A stretch of 63,096 nucleotides of DNA, filler included, from Trichomonas gallinae (taxonomy: Eukaryota), in NCBI GenBank assembly GCA_008369845.1. It is 4 parts of 4 records of this genome, joined end to end, with 100 filler letters (N's around TTAATTAATTAA, not from the genome) between each part and the next. Parts side by side here need not be neighbours in the genome. Positions count along the whole stretch, not along the records: positions 1 to 25,526 come from MRSU01000120.1; positions 25,627 to 48,701 come from MRSU01000122.1; 2 more parts are not named here. One strand, 5' to 3'. Position 1 is the stretch's first letter; each line of letters starts with the position of its first letter. Both the position numbers and the translations under genes were made by a program. The notes under the pieces are model-generated. The model was not told the origin of the DNA and made no database searches. It saw only the letters and a list, made by a program, of their open reading frames with translations. Shown in pieces: positions 22,302-33,167 of the stretch.

Positions 22302-22697
22302 ATGCAGCGAACAAAAATACATTGTTTACTATCTTCTCTTGTTAGGTGTGATTTGCCTGAGTCAAGTGAAGAAAAACAAGATAATAGACAAAGATATGAT
22401 CCATTTATCCCATATATACCACAAGACAAATACCTATCGCTTGAATTTGACCAAAGGCTTGAATTGGAGCTCCAAAGCTTAGGATTAGATCCATCCGATG
22501 AAGATGGAGAATTTGAAGACAACATTTCATCAGCAATTCATCAATACGAGTTAGAACTTGCAAAAACGAAAAATCGACTTCAGGAATTTCATCAGACTCT
22601 ATTCAAAAGACTTCCAAAGATTTTTGAATTGGAAAGAAAACGCGAGAAAAACTTAAGGACACTCAAACAGCTCATGAATACAATCCAAAATGTCTAA
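22302..22697 (+). CDS. Small hypothetical protein with Ada3-like segment
   Basis: YLSLEFDQRLELELQSLGL...EDNISSAIHQYELEL resembles the Ada3/Ngg1 C-terminal motif. Confidence 0.6.
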   Translation: MQRTKIHCLLSSLVRCDLPESSEEKQDNRQRYDPFIPYIPQDKYLSLEFDQRLELELQSLGLDPSDEDGEFEDNISSAIHQYELELAKTKNRLQEFHQTLFKRLPKIFELERKREKNLRTLKQLMNTIQNV

Positions 22698-23388
22698 TAT
22701 TGGGTCCTACCAAAATTTATGAAACCCGAAATGGGTACTAGGCGTGTGATAGAAATAGACCAAAATCTCGACGATGGAACATCAGAGCATATATCATGGT
22801 TGTGAAAACTATGTAAGTACTACAATAGTTATTTTATTTATTAACATAAAATTATGAATTCACAATAGTATTGTATGTAGTGTAATGTGTATCTGCAAAT
22901 TCTATATTTAATTTTATTCTATTTCCATTGTTGAGTTTCGGAATCCGTGAATGAGATTCGCAAAATAGGTTTTGGAAGATGATAATATGTTGAATTTAGT
23001 GTATATAATGTTTATATGATTGCCACAAATATATTCTGTGGCAGATATGATTTTTTAAGGAAGATTATTAGATAATTGTATCAAAGTATATTAAGGACTT
23101 GTTTCACGTGTTAATGAGTATTTTATATTGATATAGATGCTTACTATAGTGTATATATACCAAATCAACTAATTTTTTACTCATGATCGAAATCGTCCAA
23201 AGATATGACCGTCAAGATGGCCTGTTCTGTGCATATATGGGAGATGCTACACATATTCTCCATATCATGACGTTCTAAATTAGTATGAAACAATATTTCA
23301 ATTTGCAGGTACTTTCATCATTTACTGGTGTTGCATTGTATACCTTTCAATATTTATTCGAAAAAGATTGTTATTTAATAAAATCTTG

Positions 23389-23469
23389 ATATGATTCACA
23401 GTCTCTTGATATTTTATGGTATGCCTCCATGCAGCTTATCATGAAATATCAAGCGACTGTGATTCATAT
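23389..23469 (+). repeat. 33-bp imperfect inverted repeat (hairpin)
   Basis: ATATGATTCACAGTCTCTTGATATTTTATGGTA pairs with TATCATGAAATATCAAGCGACTGTGATTCATAT, with 2 mismatches and 2 G-U pairs. Confidence 0.9.
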
Positions 23470-23622
23470 TACTAGTAGTCGTAAGTTGAAATAATTGTGA
23501 TAATATTATTCTTTAAATCTTTCTTATATTTATATATGTGTATATTCACAGCAAGACAATACTATATTTTATATGCAATAACAATTTTGCAACCTATATT
23601 AAATCGAAGTATTTAATTTGTA

Positions 23623-23704
23623 TAGGAAATAACGGTTTACTCATATACGCTATCATTCTATGCGAATAGAATGATAGTGTATATGAGTAAACCGTTATTT
23701 TCTG
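23623..23704 (+). repeat. 39-bp uninterrupted inverted repeat with GCGA loop
   Basis: TAGGAAATAACGGTTTACTCATATACGCTATCATTCTAT-GCGA-ATAGAATGATAGTGTATATGAGTAAACCGTTATTTTCTG. The only deviations are G-U pairs, and a T6 run follows. Confidence 0.95.
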
Positions 23705-24004
23705 CTTTTTTAAAGTAAATTAGCGATTTGAGGTATAAACTGCTCTTATCGGTAGTTTTGTTAATCAAATTTCATTTTGTACTGAAAACGCCTTATTTAA
23801 GGCGGTACTGACCGGATATACACTTGAAACAGCAAGAAGAAGGAATAACTTGTATTTAGTCTACAACATATTTTACACGACATAATTTTTAATATTTTTG
23901 CCATGTAAATGATTAATATTAATTTTGTTCAAATGTCTTACATAACAATCCATTTATATGGATACTTATTAAGAATTGACTTTTTGGGCCATTTTACGCT
24001 TAAG

Positions 24005-24343
24005 ATGTCAGATGAATGTTTTTTTGGATTTGAAGTTCAATGCGGAATGAAGTGTTCAACAAACTTAGAGTGTGACTTAATGATTTCACGTGCGGTAATC
24101 AGCCCGCTTGCTACAGAAAATTCGCTCGCAAGGTTATTTATGAAAATAAAAAACACAGAAGTTCCATTGTGCCAACTCAATGCAATAGAAACAACGACTC
24201 CATTAAATATATTGCTTAAAGCACCAGAAGAAATTGGCTTTCGCGTTGCTGGAGATACAAATATAATCATTTCTGGATACTATGTTCCACAGGAAGAAGA
24301 AAAATGTCAACCATCAATTTCTCCTTCGAATTTTGCTCTTTAA
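24005..24343 (+). CDS. Stand-alone nucleoplasmin-like (NPL) domain protein
   Basis: FFGFEV...LMISRAVI...VPLCQL...IGFRVAGDTNIIISGYY matches the NPL domain of HD2/FKBP39-type proteins. Confidence 0.75.
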   Translation: MSDECFFGFEVQCGMKCSTNLECDLMISRAVISPLATENSLARLFMKIKNTEVPLCQLNAIETTTPLNILLKAPEEIGFRVAGDTNIIISGYYVPQEEEKCQPSISPSNFAL

Positions 24344-24774
24344 GTTTACAGAATTTCTAATACTGATTTATGTATTACAATAATAAGTTTTAGTTACTTA
24401 TTGAATGTTTTAGACATAATACCCAATGAAATCTGGTTAATGACACACGAATTGCGCAATCAAATTATGAAAATCGAATTTGAAATTTTATTTACATCAG
24501 TTAATTATTGATATTGATAAACCAGTAGCCTTTGGTGATCATATGACCTATTTTCCGAAATACATGATGTTAAATTATATTCTGTTCGATATTCAATGTT
24601 AAAACTATTCAATCAATAAATATATAAGAAATATATTTTAAATATAGTTTTTTACACACATATCTCTATATATTCTAAAGATATAATCACTTTTGAAAAT
24701 TATTGAATTTTATCTTTTAAATAAAAAACATTAAATCAACACAGTATCTTTAGAGCTCTACAAAATCTATAAAA

Positions 24775-25526
24775 TTATAATTCTGGTACAACTTTGACAT
24801 TGTTTTCCGTCTCTTCTTCATTGAGAGATTTATTATCTACTGGTGCAACATCTTCTGGCTGAAGCTTTGCCTCTCTGAAGAACTTCAGAAGTGTTGGCAA
24901 TGCAACAGCAATGCAGACAACTGAAGAGAAGAGATCGTTGACGATGTATGCGTAAGTGATTTTGGCTGGTTTTTCTTTCTCGCCGATGAAGTGGAGCATT
25001 GTTGCGAATATCGGCAGCGACAGCAGCTCGGTTACTATACTTGTTATCATGGCTTTGACAGACTGCTGTGTAGCCTGCAGGAAAGAAATGACAATGAATT
25101 TAACAGAACATAAAGAAATCGTGTAGAATCCAAAAGGCAGCATCTGCTCAGCCCAGTACATGAAGTCAGGGTGAGAGCTCCAGATGCTGGCTATTTGTGA
25201 CGGCCAGAGAGACATAATGAACGTGATAAGAAGTCCCCATGCAATAGAGATCCAAAACACATACCATGTGAACCATAGTACTCTTCTTGAGTCTTTCCTG
25301 CCGAATGCGTAAGAAGTTGCTGGGAGATAAGCAGCGTTTAAGGCCATGGGGATGCAGAGAGCTAAGGCATAGATCCTGCACAGCGCGTTGAAGACTGCAA
25401 TGCACATGTCGTACTGGCCAATCTTGTTCGCGCGAATCGCGATGTATTTCAGTGAAGTAATACAATGTGCGTGTTTCTTGTCCGCTACGCGTACAAGAAC
25501 CCCGACACATTGTTGAATAAGCGGAC
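24775..25526 (-). CDS. MATE-family efflux transporter, C-terminal part truncated by the gap
   Basis: PATSYAFGRKDSRRV, FLQATQQSVKA and several TM helices. The frame stays open up to the gap. Confidence 0.85.
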
Positions 25527-25626
25527 NNNNNNNNNNNNNNNNNNNNNNNNNNNNNNNNNNNNNNNNNNNNTTAATTAATTAANNNNNNNNNNNNNNNNNN
25601 NNNNNNNNNNNNNNNNNNNNNNNNNN
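25527..25626. other. Artificial scaffold spacer
   Basis: N44-TTAATTAATTAA-N44, a six-frame stop linker. Confidence 0.97.
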
Positions 25627-25698
25627 GCCTACGACCGGAGTTGAACCGGCGACCTTGCGCTTACAAGGCGCACGCAATAACCACTATGCTACGCAGGC
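25627..25698 (-). tRNA. tRNA-Thr(UGU)
   Basis: Reverse complement GCCTGCGTAGCATAGTGGTTATTGCG-TGCGC-CTTGTAA-GCGCA-AGGTCGCCGGTTCAACTCCGGTCGTAGGC folds as a cloverleaf. The discriminator base falls in the gap. Confidence 0.95.
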
Positions 25699-25790
25699 TT
25701 CACATTCTTCCAGAATATTTTTATTCCAACATGTGCAAAATTATCTCCAAATCAAATTTGAAAGGCTTTTTTGATTTTCATTAATTCAAA

Positions 25791-26699
25791 ATGAAAGTTA
25801 CCAATTTCACACTTCCTATGCTATCATTAACATGGAGACTGATTGACACACTCTATGATGGCAGTTTCGACAAGTTTTCTGGAAAGGTTCTTGCAATAAA
25901 CGAAACATCAGATTTCTTCAAACCAGTTTATTGCATTTTCGAAACTAAAGAGTCATTATTTGTCATCTCCCGTGGAACATGGGATCAAAATGATATAGCG
26001 ACCGATATCGAAATGGTCGAAAAAAATACAAAATATGGAACATTTTACGATGGATTCTATCGCGCTGCTGAATACGTCTACAAATATGCTAAGCCATTTA
26101 TCTCTACTACTTCAAAGCCGATTTACTACATTGGACATTCTTACGGTGGAGCAGTTTCTAATGTTCTTCATGTTATGGCAGCCCAAGACTTTCCAGGCAA
26201 AGACCATAACACAATTGCATATGCGCCAGTTCCTGCTATCGATTTGGAGATGAATAAAACATATGGCGAAAAAATTGCAACGTTAGTCAACGAAAATGAC
26301 ATAGTTCCAACAGTTTCCCTTCCAAATATCTACAAACGCATCTCTTTCTGCTTCGTTAAAAAGTATACGAAAGATCTTACAATTAAAGTCTTAATTGCAG
26401 CCTTAAAGTGCTTCGAATACATCACACATCAGTTCTCTGGAAAAGTTGTCAATGCTATAATTGCTTCTGTTCCAACTGTTATCGATCAATTATACGATTA
26501 CCGTAACGGAAAGCCGCTGAAAGTCTACTACGTTCCTGGTACCATTTATGGAATCAGCCATAAGAAATCAATGATTTTGAGCCAAAATGTTATTGACGCT
26601 ACAAAGAGCCTCAACATTTTGAAGATTACTATTTCTGGATGCCTTGATCATGAGCCGCCAAAATACTCCGCTGCTGTCAAGAATATTCAAAAGATATAA
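25791..26699 (+). CDS. Class 3 lipase
   Basis: Motifs VISRGT, FYDGFY, IGHSYGGA (GxSxG), NENDIVP and a C-terminal DH. Confidence 0.9.
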   Translation: MKVTNFTLPMLSLTWRLIDTLYDGSFDKFSGKVLAINETSDFFKPVYCIFETKESLFVISRGTWDQNDIATDIEMVEKNTKYGTFYDGFYRAAEYVYKYAKPFISTTSKPIYYIGHSYGGAVSNVLHVMAAQDFPGKDHNTIAYAPVPAIDLEMNKTYGEKIATLVNENDIVPTVSLPNIYKRISFCFVKKYTKDLTIKVLIAALKCFEYITHQFSGKVVNAIIASVPTVIDQLYDYRNGKPLKVYYVPGTIYGISHKKSMILSQNVIDATKSLNILKITISGCLDHEPPKYSAAVKNIQKI

Positions 26700-27159
26700 T
26701 TCAAAATACTATTTATCTTAGTATACTACTAAAATCATGCGTTAAAAACTATGATTTGTTTTTCACTACACAATATTAATCTTTTTATAGAAGAATTTTT
26801 ATATTAAAAAGAAATGATTAAAGCTTGGATGCAAAATTGTTTAAAATCACTTGTTCAATTTTAACGAAATTTTAAAATTGGATGAACTTACTCCATACTT
26901 TAAATTTAGATTTATGTACAAATATTAAATCGATTTGCAATGTTTAATTTTTTCAAACATTACAATTTTAACAATTTTTCTAGAAAATATCATACATTTT
27001 TGAAATTATTTTCTTCATTTTTCTAAATTTTAATGAAATTCGAAAAATAGTATATTACAGAGTGGCTAGAAATAATTATAAATTTTTGATCGGGAGCCTC
27101 AATGAGCAGATTAGAAATTTTAAATAAAAATCATTTGATTAGAATAGAAAATCAAACAT

Positions 27160-27639
27160 TTAGAAAAACAATACAGATGTTTTTAGTGACGAATGCTCAT
27201 CTGTATTGACGAATTCATAAGGAGAAAAGTCACTGATCGAATCTTTTGACTCAACTGTTGAGATATTGACATCAGGAGCATGCTGTGGCAATGATGTTTC
27301 CCACTTTACCTTCTTCGATCTCCGTTCTTGCTTTGTATGAAATCGAACAAGTGACTTATGCCACCTGTTCTTAATATTATTGCCATTTCTTCCTGGTAAA
27401 AATATAGAAATTTTCACCCAATGTGGCCCAAACCATTTGTATTTTTCGACAATAATTTGATCTTCTTCTTCAGTCCAAGGTTTCTTTTGCATATTAGGGA
27501 ATAGGCAGTTATTGTATCTGTCTCTGCATTGGCATGCAGTACGGCCCCGAATAAACTTAGAAATGTCAGATGATTAAGATGCAAAAGTATTGGATAACTT
27601 GGACTTATTTAACCCGTAATATGATTTTGTTTTGAGCAT
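27160..27639 (-). pseudogene. R2R3 Myb-like transcription factor pseudogene
   Basis: R3 repeat KPWTEEED...WVKI...NNIKNRW. Partial R2 (GRTACQCRDRYNN) is in frame upstream, interrupted by TAA at 27574-27576 after ATG 27639. Confidence 0.75.
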
Positions 27640-27986
27640 TGAGATTCAGAAGTCTGGAATCATATCAGCAAATGTTCATATATGAAACAATCGTTTGATC
27701 AATTTCTGCAGAAATATTTTTAAATTTACCATTTAATTTCATTTTTAACCATGAAATTTATTTAACTACATCATATATTATAATTTTTCAATCTCCAATT
27801 GTTTGAAAGTCAATTAGGCACTTAAATTTTGGTCTTATTGATCTTTTTACTGCATTTTAGAAGTAAAATTACATTAAGAAATGTTTAATAACATGATATT
27901 AAGATACTTTACTATAACACTCTACCATTTTTATCAAGAAAATCTTCAAAACTTTCTCAACGTAATACAGTTACTGTCTTTTTTCA

Positions 27987-28955
27987 TCAATGGACAACTA
28001 ATTTGACGAAACTGCCTGACCTCCAATTCAGTTGCCTCTGTTGCATGACAGGTTTCGTTGGAACCGTTGTATTTGTTATTTTTGGAATCATAACAGCACC
28101 ATAGCTATTGAGCCTGGTCCTTCTTAAAGTAGGTTTGTTCCACTCTGAGTGCTTGTTAATGACACAGCGCTCGAAAAATTCTTTCACTTCTGAGATCGAA
28201 GATCGATCTTCAGGATTTGCTGTAAGACACATGATCAACAATGCATTAAACTGAGAGCTTATTCTCCTGGGCATTGAATCATACTTCAAACCGTATTGTT
28301 TGATGAATTCCCATTCGCCTTTGCATGAAAATGGAAGGGAACCGAACGCTAATGAGTATATTGTTAAACCTAATGACCATACATCTGCTTTGAACGGGTC
28401 ATATGGCTTCTTTTCCAATACTTCAGGAGCCATAAAATGCAACGTTCCTTTAAAAACTGTACAAGCTCCAAGTTGTGCATGAGCCATGCCGAAATCAGCT
28501 AGTTTTAACTGTCCATATTTAGAAATAAGCATGTTAGCGGGCTTAATATCGAGATGTGCAACTCCTTGAGAATGAAGATAATCCAGAGCATTTATCATCT
28601 CGCCAATATAAGAATACAGATCTGTTTCGTTCATTGTACCATTCTTTATCATGTTTGCTACATCTCCTCCCGGACAATCTTCGAGTATTAAGAAATATGC
28701 ATTTCTTTCTTGGAAATACTCATAAAGTCTGATGATATTTGGGTGCTCTAGGGTTATCAATGACTCTAGTTCGTCGTTAAATGACACTCTATGGTACATA
28801 ACCTTGCAAACGAAAGTCATTCTATATCTGATTGAAAAGCATCGATAAACAGTACCATAGTGACCTTGACCAATGCTTCTGGCATCATTGTATCCATGAT
28901 TTTGCAGGATGTAGCTGATTTCGTCTACGGTTAACAGAGTTGCACTTTCAGTCAT
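27987..28955 (-). CDS. Ser/Thr protein kinase (trichomonad CAMK-type)
   Basis: Motifs IGQGHYG, HLDIKPAN, DFG, APE and DVWSLG. Confidence 0.95.
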   Translation of the reverse strand: MTESATLLTVDEISYILQNHGYNDARSIGQGHYGTVYRCFSIRYRMTFVCKVMYHRVSFNDELESLITLEHPNIIRLYEYFQERNAYFLILEDCPGGDVANMIKNGTMNETDLYSYIGEMINALDYLHSQGVAHLDIKPANMLISKYGQLKLADFGMAHAQLGACTVFKGTLHFMAPEVLEKKPYDPFKADVWSLGLTIYSLAFGSLPFSCKGEWEFIKQYGLKYDSMPRRISSQFNALLIMCLTANPEDRSSISEVKEFFERCVINKHSEWNKPTLRRTRLNSYGAVMIPKITNTTVPTKPVMQQRQLNWRSGSFVKLVVH

Positions 28956-30727
28956 CAGTAATGAAGAAAAAATCCATTTGAATTGTTTAAAATTGTAACG
29001 TACAAGTAGTGTAATATTCTATTGCCTGTGCTTTTTTTATTTCCTCAATATTTGTGTTCGATTGAAAATTTATTATTATTCAATGAAGCCCAATCAAAAT
29101 TTCTATTCGAAATATATTTTCCACAACATTGGGCTTTGCTTGATAATGAGCGAAATAGTTTTTTATATACAAATTCGTTTCTGAAAAGTAATTTCAATGA
29201 TGATAAACGCAATCAAACAAAATGAAAGGTTTAGAATGATATATACACCAATTTGCGTCGAAATCAAAGGGAATTTAACAATTGAATCGCATTCAAACTT
29301 TGTAATTTTTGATTTTTTATGGGTTTTACTTTTTTTACCGGCCCATCTATGATTATTGATCGGTTATCAATGATATATGACAATGATTGATAATAATGGC
29401 CTTAAATTAATTGCAGCGCCTTTCATTTTAATTCTCATCATTTTTATTATCGTTAACACACATATTTCACTAATGTAATCACATATGTTCATATTCAACA
29501 TATCTGATTTAATAATAAAAACCCATGATATGCATTTTTATTAATCTTTCAATAAAAATTGCATCGAAAATGAATATTTTCATATTTATCATTTGTTTAT
29601 ATTAAAATTAAATATAATCATAGGAATTTCGTGATTAATGGAGCAATAATTTGACTGAATATTTAAATTATTTACTCACAGATCATTGATAATAATAGAG
29701 TTACTTTTTTGCTACAAATAACAGCAAACATAACAGCAGACACTCATTGAAATTAATCTTTTGCAAATAATATTTGCGCAAAATCATTAGTTGTTTGTTA
29801 GATGATACACATGCATATACGGAAGGATATTGAATAACCAGAGGGTTCCGCTCCTTTCCGTTTATTTATCTCAAAATTTGATTTTACATTTAAAAAACAA
29901 TTAAATGACAAACATATGATGCATGAGTCGAACTAATATCAATAAATTGCATTTGAGCCGTTCTTATTAAGGATTTAAAAATGATAAATTGTAAAAAATG
30001 GCCTATCGTAACATTTTGTTGTATTTAGAATTCTTTGTATGAATATAGAATAATTGATTTTTTTTTAGTTGAGAACTCAGCGTTTTTATGATCTTATCAA
30101 AGTTGGAATGTTTTGAAAAGAAAAGATTTTGTCTTTAAATAACACATATATCATTTATTATTATAAAGAATTTTGTTGTAAAATAATTCATTCAAATTTG
30201 ATTAATGTCTTCAAAATTTTGAAAAAATTTAAATAATCTTTAGATTCATCTATACAATAGAATTTTCGAATATTGACTTTTCTTCGATAAAAATTCAATA
30301 AACTAATTTCAATTCGATTTTTTCGAGCGGAGAAACATTGCGATATTATAGTGCGCTTTATGACTTTTAATTAATCTTTTCAAAAGTGAAATTCATTTTC
30401 TTTACGGAAGAGTTTCGCTTCTTTTTTACTCTTATTTTAGTTTACATAATCAAAGAATGCTAAATCTAAAATATTTTCGATTTTTTTCTTTTTCAATAAA
30501 GTCTTCACAATTTTTTTCTCCTTCAATTTCTTTCCCTGACTGATATTTTTCCACTATTGTTGTGGTTACTGGGGTCAACAAAATGGAAATATTCGGTCTG
30601 ATTAATTTTGCTATTTTTAAATGACAATATTATTTATTTTTACTCCTGATAAAATAATTTTCGTAAAAATTCAGAGATTTTTTTTTGACCATTTAAAAAA
30701 CGGTTGTATTCAAATTCATTTATTATT

Positions 30728-31714
30728 ATGAACCAGAAAGAAATCGAATTTTTTGCTCAGCATCAACTTACGTGCCAGAGTGTCATTGCACAGGGTGGAT
30801 ATGGCGTTATTTACTCTGTATATTCAACCAGATACCAAACTACATTTGCTTTGAAGAAAATTCCAAATATATGTTTTTATCCAGCCGAAGTTGATTGTCT
30901 TAAAGCTATTGATGATCCTTACATAGTCAATCTCTATCAGTACTACAACTTTGATGGCAACGCTTACATGCTCATGGAATATTGCGATAATGATCTCGAG
31001 AAAGTAATGAGGAATAAAAGGCATAGACCTAAAAGTGAGCTTATAGGATACATACACGACGTGATTTGCGCCGTTAAAGCCTGCCACGATAGAAAAATTG
31101 CTCATTGCGATATTAAACCTTCAAATTTCCTTATTGACAAGTATGGTCGTGTCAAAATCAGTGACTTCGGACTCTCAACACTGAATGTCGATGAAAACAC
31201 AGAACTTGACTACTTCAAAGGTACGAGATTATTCGTAGCTCCAGAAATGTTCCTGCAAAAGAAATACAACCCAATTAAATCCGATGTTTGGGCCTTGGGA
31301 GTTTGCATTTACAACATGGTTACCTATAAATTCCCATTCTATCATCAAGATAGAAACGAATTAGCAAAATTGATTTGCCATGGAATTTATGACGACCAGA
31401 TGATTCCAGACTTAGAGTTAAGAAGACTTATTAGGAGATGCTTGGATCCAAATCCAAAAACAAGACCAAATGTAGGAGATTTACTCCAGATGCCTTATTT
31501 CACAGAAAAAGCCGAGGAGAACATCCAGCTTACATGCTGTGATCCAATTATGAAGAGCAATCTTTTCATTGTTAAACCAAAATTTAATCAGAGAAAATCC
31601 GAAACTTCAAGACAAGGAATTCCAATGTGTTACAACAATTTAATGAAATCTAGAATTCGCATTGTTCCTCCATCAACATCACAGATTACTCTCAGCACTT
31701 TTGTTATGCAATGA
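30728..31714 (+). CDS. Ser/Thr protein kinase (trichomonad CAMK-type)
   Basis: Motifs AQGGYG, ALKKI, HCDIKPSN, DFG, APE and DVWALG. Inr TCATTT precedes ATG 30728. Confidence 0.95.
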   Translation: MNQKEIEFFAQHQLTCQSVIAQGGYGVIYSVYSTRYQTTFALKKIPNICFYPAEVDCLKAIDDPYIVNLYQYYNFDGNAYMLMEYCDNDLEKVMRNKRHRPKSELIGYIHDVICAVKACHDRKIAHCDIKPSNFLIDKYGRVKISDFGLSTLNVDENTELDYFKGTRLFVAPEMFLQKKYNPIKSDVWALGVCIYNMVTYKFPFYHQDRNELAKLICHGIYDDQMIPDLELRRLIRRCLDPNPKTRPNVGDLLQMPYFTEKAEENIQLTCCDPIMKSNLFIVKPKFNQRKSETSRQGIPMCYNNLMKSRIRIVPPSTSQITLSTFVMQ

Positions 31715-32129
31715 TTTTATCATTTGTTTGTGTATTATAAATATACTTGTTTTTAGTTTGAATTAAGAGCATTTTTCACATCAATAATAAGATTCTATGA
31801 AATCATAATTAAATTTCAATTCAATAAGTATTAATTAGAATCTCTTATTGCTATACAAACGCCATAATATATAATGATGGCTATCTTTTGTTATATATCC
31901 ATAAAATTTCCATATTATAAGATATTTCAATTTTGATCTAATTTTTATACATTTCACAAGATTTCTATGAAGAACCCATTCTATATTGCCTTTAGTATGA
32001 TATTATCTATATGCTTCTACTCTGATATTGATTAAAAGATGCATCATTAAAGAGAAATGACGAATTATATAGTATGGCAAAATGTAAAATTGTTGATGTT
32101 GTTTTTCGAATCCACAAAGAAATTTATTC

Positions 32130-33074
32130 ATGGAAATCTGGAATTCAGTTTATCCATGGGCATCACCACCTGTCGAATACACAGCTCCAAAAAGAATCAC
32201 AGAAAGAGGAAAAATTTTTGTATATTATGTAGTTTTTGAATCATTAGGCAGTAATGGTGTTATTTATATTTCAGGAACATCATCAGATTGTTTACTCGTT
32301 TATAGCACGACAATTTTTAAATCTCATAATACACAAAGGGGTGGAGCTATTTATTGCAACAATATTAACTGCGTTCAAATTGGTGTTTGCAATAGTGACT
32401 CATCAAGTGATACAGATAATTCTTATTCGTACATTTATTCACCCAGCGAATCAAACAATATGTGTCAACTTTTTGGATGCTCTTTGACAAAAAGTAATAG
32501 CAAAAATGTATTTATTGCTCATTGTGGTGGCAATCAAACTGTGAAGTTTGGAAATTTTTCATATTCTTCTGGATATGATCAAGTAGAACAGATGATTAAT
32601 TCATTTAATACTATATCATTGAATTTTTCATTGAATTGCAACATCTCATCAACAGGCAAACAGCCAGTCTTCGCACATTATAGTACAACTTTAGTTGCTT
32701 ACCAATCAATCTATTTAAGAAATTCTAATTTGCCTGGTAGTTATGGATTAATTTATGGAAATGCTATTAATACTTTCTTGGAATGCATTTTTAAAGATAA
32801 CACAGGGCAAAATCTATTTGATCAAGGGAGTACAGGAAAATATATAACATCAAATTGCTGCTTTTATAATCCTGCATGGTCAAATAATGGTGCATCTTAT
32901 GGACCATCAACAAGCACATTGGGTTTAAAACTTTCATTCTTATCCACACGATTATGTGCTGCTGATAAAACAATAGAAAAAGAAATCACAATTGTTAAAA
33001 ATAATCTGCTTCTGTTTTTTCTCTCATTTTCTAATCTGATTTTATTTCCAATTATTGTATCTTTTTCTAAATAA
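32130..33074 (+). CDS. GGA-motif hypothetical protein (Pmp-like trichomonad family), possibly frameshifted at the 5' end
   Basis: RGGAIYC motif, Ser/Asn/Cys-rich, hydrophobic C-terminus. An out-of-frame MLFF... start lies at 32096. Confidence 0.7.
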   Translation: MEIWNSVYPWASPPVEYTAPKRITERGKIFVYYVVFESLGSNGVIYISGTSSDCLLVYSTTIFKSHNTQRGGAIYCNNINCVQIGVCNSDSSSDTDNSYSYIYSPSESNNMCQLFGCSLTKSNSKNVFIAHCGGNQTVKFGNFSYSSGYDQVEQMINSFNTISLNFSLNCNISSTGKQPVFAHYSTTLVAYQSIYLRNSNLPGSYGLIYGNAINTFLECIFKDNTGQNLFDQGSTGKYITSNCCFYNPAWSNNGASYGPSTSTLGLKLSFLSTRLCAADKTIEKEITIVKNNLLLFFLSFSNLILFPIIVSFSK

Positions 33075-33167
33075 CCATATTTTATTTTTTCCAATTTTTA
33101 TTTTTGATGTGCGAAAAAAAAAAAAAATTCGAATAAATTTATCAAACAAATAATAAACAAGTTTTAT

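Noticed and set aside
25571..25582. TTAATTAATTAA palindrome repeated three times (also at 48746 and 60343)
   Set aside because: It is centred in identical N-runs, so it is an artificial six-frame stop linker, not biology.
29819..29861. Small hairpin ACGGAAGGA...TCCTTTCCGT between the kinases
   Set aside because: It is short and bulged with no convincing snoRNA boxes, so it may be chance.
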